Part shown: positions 19,594-27,719 of the stretch, in pieces
Layout of the letters: every line of letters begins with the position of its first letter
Numbering within the stretch: the first letter of the stretch is position 1
Source: Escherichia phage BYEP01
Sequence record: OR757453.1
DNA length: 64,000 nucleotides
Direction: 5' to 3' (one strand)
Position numbers and translations under genes: made by a program
The notes under the pieces: generated by a model
The model's database searches: none
The model's input: the letters and a program-made list of their open reading frames with translations, nothing else
What the model was told of the DNA's origin: nothing

Positions 19594-22290
19594 ATGAAAG
19601 AATTTTATATCTCTATTGAAACAGTCGGAAATAACATTGTTGAACGTTATATTGATGAAAACGGAAAGGAACGTACTCGTGAAGTAGAATATCTTCCGAC
19701 TATGTTTAGGCATTGTAAGGAAGAGTCAAAGTACAAAGACATTTACGGTAAAAACTGTGCTCCTCAAAAATTTCCATCAATGAAAGATGCACGAGATTGG
19801 ATGAAACGAATGGAAGACATCGGTCTCGAAGCTCTCGGTATGAACGATTTTAAACTCGCTTATATCAGTGATACATATGGTTCAGAAATTGTTTATGACC
19901 GAAAATTTGTTCGTGTAGCTAACTGCGACATTGAGGTTACTGGTGATAAATTTCCTGACCCAATGAAAGCAGAATATGAAATTGATGCTATCACTCATTA
20001 TGATTCAATTGACGACCGTTTTTACGTCTTTGATTTGTTGAATTCAATGTACGGTTCAGTATCAAAATGGGATGCAAAGTTAGCTGCTAAGCTTGACTGT
20101 GAAGGTGGTGATGAAGTTCCTCAAGAAATTCTTGACCGAGTAATTTATATGCCATTTGATAATGAGCGTGATATGCTCATGGAATATATTAATCTCTGGG
20201 AACAGAAACGACCTGCTATTTTTACCGGTTGGAATATTGAGGGATTTGACGTTCCGTATATCATGAATCGTGTTAAAATGGTTCTCGGTGAACGTAGTAT
20301 GAAACGCTTCTCTCCAATCGGTCGAGTAAAATCTAAACTAATTCAAAATATGTACGGTAGCAAAGAAATTTATTCTATTGATGGCGTATCTATTCTTGAT
20401 TATTTAGATTTGTACAAAAAATTCGCATTTACTAATTTGCCATCATTCTCTTTGGAATCAGTTGCTCAACACGAAACCAAAAAAGGTAAATTGCCGTACG
20501 ATGGTCCTATTAATAAACTTCGTGAGACTAATCATCAACGATACATTAGTTATAACATCATTGACGTAGAATCAGTTCAAGCAATTGATAAAATTCGTGG
20601 GTTTATCGATCTAGTTTTAAGTATGTCTTATTACGCTAAAATGCCTTTTTCTGGCGTAATGAGTCCTATTAAAACTTGGGACGCTATTATTTTTAACTCA
20701 CTGAAAGGTGAACATAAAGTTATTCCTCAACAAGGTTCGCACGTTAAACAGAGTTTTCCAGGTGCATTTGTATTTGAACCTAAACCGATTGCTCGTCGAT
20801 ACATTATGAGTTTTGACTTGACATCTCTGTATCCTAGCATTATTCGTCAGGTTAACATTAGTCCTGAGACTATTCGTGGACAATTTAAAGTTCATCCAAT
20901 TCATGAATATATCGCAGGAACAGCTCCTAAGCCAAGTGATGAATATTCTTGCTCTCCGAATGGATGGATGTATGATAAGCACCAAGAAGGTATCATTCCA
21001 AAGGAAATCGCTAAAGTATTTTTCCAGCGTAAAGACTGGAAAAAGAAAATGTTCGCTGAAGAAATGAATGCCGAAGCTATTAAAAAGATTATTATGAAAG
21101 GTGCAGGGTCTTGTTCAACTAAACCAGAAGTTGAACGATATGTTAAGTTCAATGATGATTTCTTAAACGAATTATCGAATTACACTGAATCTGTTCTTAA
21201 TAGTCTGATCGAAGAATGTGAAAAAGCAGCTACACTTGCTAACACAAATCAGCTGAACCGTAAAATTCTTATCAACAGTCTTTATGGTGCTCTTGGTAAT
21301 ATTCATTTCCGTTACTATGATTTGCGAAATGCTACTGCTATCACAATTTTCGGTCAAGTCGGTATTCAGTGGATTGCTCGCAAAATTAATGAATATCTGA
21401 ATAAAGTATGTGGAACTAATGGTGAAGATTTCATCGCCGCGGGTGATACTGATTCGGTATATGTTTGTGTAGATAAAGTAATTGAAAAAGTAGGTCTTGA
21501 CCGCTTTAAAGAACAAAATGATTTAGTTGAATTCATGAATCAGTTCGGTAAGAAAAAGATGGAACCTATGATTGATGTTGCATATCGTGAGTTATGTGAT
21601 TATATGAATAACCGCGAGCATCTGATGCATATGGACCGTGAAGCTATTTCTTGCCCTCCACTTGGTTCAAAGGGTGTTGGTGGATTTTGGAAAGCGAAAA
21701 AGCGTTATGCTCTGAACGTTTATGATATGGAAGATAAGCGATTTGCTGAACCACATCTAAAAATCATGGGTATGGAAACTCAGCAGAGTTCAACACCAAA
21801 AGCAGTACAAGAAGCTCTCGAAGAAAGTATTCGTCGTATTCTTCAGGAAGGCGAAGAGTCTGTCCAAGAATACTATAAGAACTTTGAGAAAGAATATCGT
21901 CAACTTGATTATAAAGTTATTGCTGAAGTAAAAACTGCGAACGATATAGCGAAATATGATGATAAAGGTTGGCCAGGATTTAAATGCCCATTCCACATTC
22001 GTGGGGTGCTAACTTATCGTCGAGCTGTTAGTGGTCTAGGTGTAGCTCCAATTTTGGATGGAAATAAGGTAATGGTTCTTCCATTACGTGAAGGAAATCC
22101 ATTTGGTGACAAGTGCATTGCTTGGCCGTCGGGTACAGAACTTCCAAAAGAAATTCGTTCTGATGTACTATCTTGGATTGACCACTCAACTTTGTTCCAA
22201 AAATCGTTTGTTAAACCGCTTGCGGGTATGTGTGAATCGGCTGGCATGGATTATGAGGAAAAAGCTTCGTTAGACTTCCTGTTTGGCTGA
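19594..22290 (+). CDS. 43: DNA polymerase gp43 (family B), 898 aa
   Basis: Exo motifs and pol motifs (YGDTDS); length 898 aa. Confidence 0.95.
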   Translation: MKEFYISIETVGNNIVERYIDENGKERTREVEYLPTMFRHCKEESKYKDIYGKNCAPQKFPSMKDARDWMKRMEDIGLEALGMNDFKLAYISDTYGSEIVYDRKFVRVANCDIEVTGDKFPDPMKAEYEIDAITHYDSIDDRFYVFDLLNSMYGSVSKWDAKLAAKLDCEGGDEVPQEILDRVIYMPFDNERDMLMEYINLWEQKRPAIFTGWNIEGFDVPYIMNRVKMVLGERSMKRFSPIGRVKSKLIQNMYGSKEIYSIDGVSILDYLDLYKKFAFTNLPSFSLESVAQHETKKGKLPYDGPINKLRETNHQRYISYNIIDVESVQAIDKIRGFIDLVLSMSYYAKMPFSGVMSPIKTWDAIIFNSLKGEHKVIPQQGSHVKQSFPGAFVFEPKPIARRYIMSFDLTSLYPSIIRQVNISPETIRGQFKVHPIHEYIAGTAPKPSDEYSCSPNGWMYDKHQEGIIPKEIAKVFFQRKDWKKKMFAEEMNAEAIKKIIMKGAGSCSTKPEVERYVKFNDDFLNELSNYTESVLNSLIEECEKAATLANTNQLNRKILINSLYGALGNIHFRYYDLRNATAITIFGQVGIQWIARKINEYLNKVCGTNGEDFIAAGDTDSVYVCVDKVIEKVGLDRFKEQNDLVEFMNQFGKKKMEPMIDVAYRELCDYMNNREHLMHMDREAISCPPLGSKGVGGFWKAKKRYALNVYDMEDKRFAEPHLKIMGMETQQSSTPKAVQEALEESIRRILQEGEESVQEYYKNFEKEYRQLDYKVIAEVKTANDIAKYDDKGWPGFKCPFHIRGVLTYRRAVSGLGVAPILDGNKVMVLPLREGNPFGDKCIAWPSGTELPKEIRSDVLSWIDHSTLFQKSFVKPLAGMCESAGMDYEEKASLDFLFG

Positions 22291-22303
22291 TAGAATAAAT
22301 CTA

Positions 22304-22325
22304 GGGACCTCCGGGTCCCTTTTTC
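22304..22325 (+). terminator. rho-independent terminator
   Basis: gggacctccgggtccc hairpin plus TTTTT. Confidence 0.6.
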
Positions 22326-22407
22326 ATACAAGTAATATAAATCTATACTTAGGAAAAATAGATGATTCTAGGACCTTTGAATTCATTAAAAAATTTTTCA
22401 CAAAGCT

Positions 22408-22437
22408 GTTTACAAGACTGTTCCTCTGTGGTACTAT
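22408..22437 (+). promoter_or_regulatory. T4-type early promoter (repeated cassette)
   Basis: gtttac 22408-22413, tactat 22432-22437; cassette near-identical to 51663 region. Confidence 0.5.
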
Positions 22438-22471
22438 ACAACTATCAACCAATACAAATTTGGAGAATGAA

Positions 22472-22852
22472 ATGAAAATCGCTATTTTGGTTATTGCATT
22501 GGGTCTTACTGGTTGTGTAGCTCAAGGACCAGTAGTAAATCAGTCTGATGCAGGAAAAATTGTAAACTGTTCAAGCAAATTTTATAATCCTAATGTCAAG
22601 TGTTATAAAGAAGCTCCAAAACAGACAGTAGAACAAATGCAGGCGAATTTTGACGAAGCTATTCGTCCAGATGAATCTGCTCAAGCATATCGTAATTCGG
22701 ATGTAATTACACGCGAAGAAAAAATTGAAAACTACTGTGCAGAACTTTGGGCAAATTGGGCTAATAATTACCAGTGGCGTACTGGTAAAAATGCTCCGAT
22801 GGAGTATGTAGTAAATTCTTATAATTCATGTGTAAAAAATTTGACTAAGTGA
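22472..22852 (+). CDS. putative lipoprotein, 126 aa
   Basis: Signal peptide with lipobox LTGC; ATG 22472 with SD ggag. Confidence 0.6.
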   Translation: MKIAILVIALGLTGCVAQGPVVNQSDAGKIVNCSSKFYNPNVKCYKEAPKQTVEQMQANFDEAIRPDESAQAYRNSDVITREEKIENYCAELWANWANNYQWRTGKNAPMEYVVNSYNSCVKNLTK

Positions 22853-22859
22853 GGAAAAC

Positions 22860-23111
22860 ATGGAAACTTTAGTAGCAGGTTCAATTTTTATGGTTTTAGT
22901 TTCAGGCGTGTTGGCTATTATTATATACATGCTTCCTTGGTTCATCGCCTTGATGCGCGGGTCAAAATCGACAGTAGGAATCTTTTTCACATCTTTACTG
23001 TTTAACTGGTCAATTATTGGTTGGTTTATTACATTTATTTGGTCAATTGCGGGTGAAACTAAAAAATCTGTACAGCAAAATCAAGTAATTATCATCAGAG
23101 AGAAGGAATGA
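22860..23111 (+). CDS. imm: superinfection immunity membrane protein Imm, 83 aa
   Basis: Two TM segments; sequence and length as T4 Imm. Confidence 0.85.
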   Translation: METLVAGSIFMVLVSGVLAIIIYMLPWFIALMRGSKSTVGIFFTSLLFNWSIIGWFITFIWSIAGETKKSVQQNQVIIIREKE

Positions 23112-23257
23112 AAAGCAAAATTTTAGCAGTATTGCTTTTAATCTTGATGATTATAATAAGTATATACTATAGCGTAACGGTTCCTTGCATGATTCCGACA
23201 CTTATTATAGGTTGGGGTTTATTACTGTTACAAGTTAAATATGAATGTATCAATTGA
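23108..23257 (+). CDS. small membrane protein, 49 aa
   Basis: Untracked ORF with ATGA overlap to imm stop; hydrophobic. Confidence 0.4.
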   Translation: MKSKILAVLLLILMIIISIYYSVTVPCMIPTLIIGWGLLLLQVKYECIN

Positions 23258-23264
23258 GGTTTAA

Positions 23265-24005
23265 ATGATTAATGACTCTATGACAGTTGAAGAAATCCGT
23301 CTTCATTTGGGAATTGCATTAAAGGAAAAAGATTTCGTAGTTGATAAAACTGGTGTTAAAACTATTGAAATTATTGGCGCATCATTTGTAGCAGATGAAC
23401 CGTTTATTTTTGGCGCTCTTAATGATGAATACATTCAGCGTGAACTTGAATGGTATAAATCTAAAAGCTTGTTTGTTAAAGATATTCCAGGTGAAACACC
23501 GAAGATTTGGCAACAAGTAGCATCTTCTAAAGGCGAAATTAACTCGAATTATGGTTGGGCTATCTGGTCAGAAGATAACTATGCCCAGTATGATATGTGT
23601 TTAGCTGAACTTGGTCAAAATCCTGATTCTCGACGTGGTATCATGATTTATACTCGTCCATCCATGCAGTTTGACTACAATAAAGATGGTATGTCAGATT
23701 TCATGTGTACGAATACAGTACAGTACCTGATTCGTGATAAGAAAGTCAATGCAGTTGTTAATATGAGAAGCAATGACTGCTGGGCAGGCTATCGTAATGA
23801 TTATGCATGGCAAAAATACGTACTAGATAAATTAGTATCTGATTTGAATGCAGGCGACCCATCGCGGCAATATAAAGCAGGTTCTATTATATGGAACGTT
23901 GGAAGTCTCCATGTGTACGAAAATCAGTTTTATTTAGTTGACCATTGGTGGAAAACTGGCGAAACTCATATTGCGAAAAAAGATTATAATGGTGAGTGGA
24001 AATGA
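23265..24005 (+). CDS. 42: dCMP hydroxymethylase gp42, 246 aa
   Basis: Thymidylate-synthase-like fold sequence recognised as T4 gp42. Confidence 0.9.
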   Translation: MINDSMTVEEIRLHLGIALKEKDFVVDKTGVKTIEIIGASFVADEPFIFGALNDEYIQRELEWYKSKSLFVKDIPGETPKIWQQVASSKGEINSNYGWAIWSEDNYAQYDMCLAELGQNPDSRRGIMIYTRPSMQFDYNKDGMSDFMCTNTVQYLIRDKKVNAVVNMRSNDCWAGYRNDYAWQKYVLDKLVSDLNAGDPSRQYKAGSIIWNVGSLHVYENQFYLVDHWWKTGETHIAKKDYNGEWK

Positions 24006-24844
24006 TTCAATTCGTAATTCCAAGCTATCAACGCGTAGGGGCAGTTTCTGCCCTTGATATGTTTCCATCTGATTATGAACCTCATATTGTAGTACGTAAA
24101 CACGAAGAAAAAGCTTATTATGACGCTTATGGGTCTAGAGCTAAAATTATAACTATTCCTGATGATGTCAATGGAATTGCTGGTACTCGTAAAGCAATTA
24201 CTGATATGTATGCAGGTCAACGAATCTGGATGATTGATGATGATACTACTATTCGTATGAGTTCAATGCGAAAGAAAGATGATCGTCGCTGCGTAGATAA
24301 AATTAATCAATTAACCCGTGAACAGTTCTATGAATTGATTCAATACGTTGAAGATGCCATGGATTGCGGGTATTATCATGGTCATGCTCGTCTACCTATT
24401 TTTAAAATTACTTCATCTTGGGGTAATTATCGTGAAAATTCATATGGATTCACAAATACATGGTATGACCTTGGAAAACTTACAACAGAACAAATTGGGT
24501 ATGGAAAAATTGATTTATGCGAAGATATGTATGCATTTCTCAATTTAATTAATCAAGGTTATCCGCATTTGGCCTTGTTCAAATATCTGGTTGTATCCGG
24601 AAAAGCACAAGCTCCTGGCGGATGTAGTTCAATTCGTAGTAATTCAAAACATAATAGAGCGCTCGAGCAAATCAATAGAGAGTTTCCAGAGCAAGCTCGT
24701 TGGAAAACTTCTAATATTGAAAAGAGAAAATCATTGGGTGAAGAAGACGAGCCATTAAAGGTTCTTCGCATGTGTGTTTCACGTAAAGAAAAATCAGAAG
24801 CGTTTCATAAGTTTAATGCTATTCATCCAATAGCAGTTGATTAA
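24002..24844 (+). CDS. glycosyltransferase at the beta-gt locus (not T4 beta-gt; possibly T2/T6-type beta-alpha-glucosyltransferase)
   Basis: 280-aa protein with DDD motif; differs in length and sequence from 351-aa T4 beta-gt; ATGA overlap with gene 42. Confidence 0.5.
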   Translation: MIQFVIPSYQRVGAVSALDMFPSDYEPHIVVRKHEEKAYYDAYGSRAKIITIPDDVNGIAGTRKAITDMYAGQRIWMIDDDTTIRMSSMRKKDDRRCVDKINQLTREQFYELIQYVEDAMDCGYYHGHARLPIFKITSSWGNYRENSYGFTNTWYDLGKLTTEQIGYGKIDLCEDMYAFLNLINQGYPHLALFKYLVVSGKAQAPGGCSSIRSNSKHNRALEQINREFPEQARWKTSNIEKRKSLGEEDEPLKVLRMCVSRKEKSEAFHKFNAIHPIAVD

Positions 24845-24847
24845 TGC

Positions 24848-24878
24848 CTAAATTTATTGTGTTATAATTACCCTATCT
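24848..24878 (+). promoter_or_regulatory. possible middle promoter for uvsX
   Basis: MotA-box-like tgcctaa then tataat 24873-24878. Confidence 0.3.
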
Positions 24879-24921
24879 TTAACCAGTGAGGAAAATATAA
24901 TGATGCCTATGGAAAAAATGA

Positions 24922-25851
24922 ATGTCTATTGCAGATTTAAAATCCCGTTTGATTAAAGCTTCCACTTCTAAAATGACTGCTGAACTGACTACATCTAAAT
25001 TCTTTAATGAAAAGGATGTAATTCGTACAAAAATCCCAATGCTTAATATCGCTATTTCTGGCGCGATTGATGGTGGTATGCAGTCTGGTTTAACCATTTT
25101 TGCAGGTCCTTCTAAACACTTTAAATCAAATATGTCTTTGACTATGGTTGCGGCGTATTTGAACAAATATCCTGACGCGGTTTGTCTATTTTATGATAGC
25201 GAATTTGGTATTACTCCAGCTTATTTGCGGTCCATGGGAGTTGACCCTGAACGAGTAATTCATACGCCAATTCAGTCAGTTGAACAACTGAAAATTGATA
25301 TGGTGAATCAGCTTGAAGCTATTGAGCGTGGTGAAAAAGTTATTGTATTCATCGACTCAATCGGTAATATGGCTTCTAAGAAAGAAACGGAAGATGCCTT
25401 GAATGAAAAATCTGTGGCAGATATGACTCGTGCTAAATCACTGAAGTCATTATTCCGTATTGTTACTCCTTATTTTAGCATTAAAAATATTCCATGTGTT
25501 GCGGTTAACCATACAATTGAAACAATTGAAATGTTTAGTAAAACCGTGATGACAGGTGGTTGTGTTATTGCTGGTACTAAAATCCAGATGTCCGATGGTT
25601 CTACTAAAGCAGTTGAAGATATTCGTCCAGGTGAGCGTGTTAAAACCATGGTCGGTGATAATGAAGTAACTTATGTTTGGGACCCCGAAACTCTGGCTGA
25701 AGGTACTCCTGAATGTTTCGAAATTGAATTCGAAGACGGTTATAAAGTAACTACTTCAGATACTCACAAGTTCCTGGTAATGGTTAAAGACATTCCAACT
25801 TGGGTTGAAGCTAAAGATTTAGTAGCTGGAATGGATTGTGTTGTAAGGTAA
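24922..25851 (+). CDS. uvsX: UvsX recombinase N-terminal extein (213 aa) fused to split-intein N-fragment (96 aa)
   Basis: N-part recognised as T4 UvsX up to ...FSKTVMTGG, then CVIAGTKIQM... intein block A and TTSDTHKF block B; TAA stop 25849-25851. Confidence 0.85.
   Translation: MSIADLKSRLIKASTSKMTAELTTSKFFNEKDVIRTKIPMLNIAISGAIDGGMQSGLTIFAGPSKHFKSNMSLTMVAAYLNKYPDAVCLFYDSEFGITPAYLRSMGVDPERVIHTPIQSVEQLKIDMVNQLEAIERGEKVIVFIDSIGNMASKKETEDALNEKSVADMTRAKSLKSLFRIVTPYFSIKNIPCVAVNHTIETIEMFSKTVMTGGCVIAGTKIQMSDGSTKAVEDIRPGERVKTMVGDNEVTYVWDPETLAEGTPECFEIEFEDGYKVTTSDTHKFLVMVKDIPTWVEAKDLVAGMDCVVR
25561..25848 (+). other. split intein N-terminal fragment (IntN)
   Basis: Begins with Cys codon 25561 after extein Gly; contains TxxH block B. 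Confidence 0.8.
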
Positions 25852-25854
25852 TAA

Positions 25855-25897
25855 ATATGGGTACCGGACTAATGTATATTTTTGAGGTACCCATATG
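25855..25897 (+). promoter_or_regulatory. 11-bp perfect stem-loop sequestering SD and start codon of the GIY-YIG gene
   Basis: atatgggtacc (25855-25865) pairs with ggtacccatat (25886-25896); ATG 25895. Confidence 0.6.
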
Positions 25898-26617
25898 AAT
25901 TTTGTCTATAAAATTGTGTTCAACGATAGAATTAAAAACGGCACTCCGCCATATTACTACATAGGGAGCAAGACAAATGCTTCTTATGTAGATGGTAAGA
26001 TTATTGACGCCCACGGTCGTGAGTACTATGGCTCATCGAGATATCCCGGATATCATGATTTTATCAATAATGTTACTGTTGAAATATTGGAGCAATATGA
26101 TGATATTAAACACACTAAACTGCTAGAGCGCGAAAATTTCTATCAGAAACAAGTAAATGTTAAAACAAATCCAGATTATTTTAATTTAGATTATGCTTGT
26201 GGGCATAATTCATATGCTAATGCTGATTTTGCATCATACAAGCATTATATAACAGGTAAATGTATTCGTCTTGAAAGAAACCATCCGCTTGTTAAATCTG
26301 GTGTGTATGTTGGCGTCACAAAAGGCGTGAAATCTTCTGATGAACACCGTAAGCACATATCAGAAGGTATTACCGGAGAAAACAATGGGTTCTATGGTAA
26401 GAAACACACTAAAGAAACAATTAATAAAATATCAGAAAAAGCAAAGAAAAGATTAAAGCATTCCCATCCTAGACAAAAAGGTGTTATCATAAACGGTATT
26501 GAATACCGGGGCGTCAGACCTGCTGCAAGAGCGTTGGGAATTAATCCTAACACAATTATCAACAAAATTAAAGCTAATATAAAAGGATGGGCTTATGCAG
26601 TAGATGCACGCGGTTAA
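25895..26617 (+). CDS. freestanding GIY-YIG homing endonuclease, 240 aa, between intein halves
   Basis: VYKIVFND...YYYIGSK GIY-YIG motif; NGFYGKKH NUMOD-like repeat; C-terminal HTH (AARALGIN). Confidence 0.8.
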   Translation: MNFVYKIVFNDRIKNGTPPYYYIGSKTNASYVDGKIIDAHGREYYGSSRYPGYHDFINNVTVEILEQYDDIKHTKLLERENFYQKQVNVKTNPDYFNLDYACGHNSYANADFASYKHYITGKCIRLERNHPLVKSGVYVGVTKGVKSSDEHRKHISEGITGENNGFYGKKHTKETINKISEKAKKRLKHSHPRQKGVIINGIEYRGVRPAARALGINPNTIINKIKANIKGWAYAVDARG

Positions 26618-26725
26618 GGCATTCGAAGATATGGTAAAAGAATTTGGAATGAACATGACAATCAAGATTATGCTTTCATGAAATATGTATATTGAAACTA
26701 GCTACTACGAAACACAAGGTAAAGT

Positions 26726-26830
26726 ATGAAAATTAAATCTGTTAAATCTGTTGGTAAAAAAGAAGTCTATGATTTGTCTGTTGCTGACGTCGAGCATTAT
26801 GTTTTAGAAAATGGTATCGTTACACACAAC
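26726..26830 (+). other. split intein C-terminal fragment (IntC)
   Basis: 35 aa ending HN followed by +1 Thr; resembles DnaE-type IntC. Confidence 0.8.
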
Positions 26831-27373
26831 ACAGGCGTAATGTATTCGGCTGATACTGTATTCATTATCGGTAAACGTCAGATTAAAGATGGTTCTGATC
26901 TTCAGGGGTATCAATTTGTTCTAAATGTAGAAAAATCTCGTACCGTTAAAGAAAAAAGTAAATTCTTTATTGATGTTAAATTTGACGGTGGTATCGATCC
27001 TTATTCTGGATTATTAGATATGGCTCTTGAATTAGGATTTGTGGTAAAACCTAAAAATGGCTGGTATGCTCGTGAATTTCTTGACGAAGAAACCGGCGAG
27101 ATGATTCGCGAAGAAAAATCTTGGCGTGCAAAAGATACCAATTGCACTACATTCTGGGGTCCTTTATTTAAGCATCAACCATTCCGAGATGCTATTAAAC
27201 GCGCTTATCAGTTAGGTGCTATTGATAGTAATGAAATTGTTGAAGCTGAAGTTGATGAATTAATTAACTCAAAGGTTGAAAAATTTAAATCTCCAGAAAG
27301 TAAAAGTAAATCAGCAGCTGATTTAGAAACTGACCTAGATCAGTTAAGTGATATGGAAGAATTTAATGAATAA
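26726..27373 (+). CDS. uvsX: split-intein C-fragment (35 aa) fused to UvsX C-terminal extein (180 aa)
   Basis: MKIKSVKSVGKKEVYDLSVADVEHYVLENGIVTHN then TGVMYSADTVFIIGK... matching T4 UvsX C-terminus; own SD aagg. Confidence 0.85.
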   Translation: MKIKSVKSVGKKEVYDLSVADVEHYVLENGIVTHNTGVMYSADTVFIIGKRQIKDGSDLQGYQFVLNVEKSRTVKEKSKFFIDVKFDGGIDPYSGLLDMALELGFVVKPKNGWYAREFLDEETGEMIREEKSWRAKDTNCTTFWGPLFKHQPFRDAIKRAYQLGAIDSNEIVEAEVDELINSKVEKFKSPESKSKSAADLETDLDQLSDMEEFNE

Positions 27374-27710
27374 AAATGATTTAGATTTAGATTTAGAAAT
27401 TATCGACGAATCCCCCTCTTCGGAGGGGGAAGAAGAAAGAAAAGAACGTCTTTTTAATGAATCTCTTAAGATAATTAAATCTGCCATGGAAAATGTTATC
27501 CAGGAGATTGTCATTAAACTAGAAGACGGTTCTACACACATTGTGTATGTGACAAAATTAGATTGGGTTGATGGAAAAGTCGTAATGGACTTTGCTGTTC
27601 TTGACCAAGAAAGAAAAGCTGAGTTAGCTCCTCATGTAGAAAAATGTATTACAATGCAACTACAAGATGCATTTAATAAAAGGTCAAAGAAAAAATTTAA
27701 ATTCTTTTAA
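27366..27710 (+). CDS. 40: head vertex assembly protein gp40 (start uncertain, 27348 or 27366)
   Basis: Position between uvsX and 41; ATGA overlap with uvsX stop. Confidence 0.6.
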   Translation: MNKNDLDLDLEIIDESPSSEGEEERKERLFNESLKIIKSAMENVIQEIVIKLEDGSTHIVYVTKLDWVDGKVVMDFAVLDQERKAELAPHVEKCITMQLQDAFNKRSKKKFKFF

Positions 27711-27719
27711 GGAGTAAGT

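Noticed and set aside
20698-21516. Several minus-strand ORFs of 63-114 aa
   Set aside because: All antisense within the DNA polymerase gene.
22283-22471. N-terminal extension of the lipoprotein ORF (track start 22283)
   Set aside because: The extension is translated promoter-cassette DNA (the same pseudo-peptide FTKLFTRLFLCG recurs at 51585); the true start is ATG 22472 after the SD.
25849-25900. Late-promoter-like sequence AATAAATA upstream of the intein-embedded endonuclease gene
   Set aside because: One mismatch from TATAAATA at the first position; not called as a promoter without transcript evidence.
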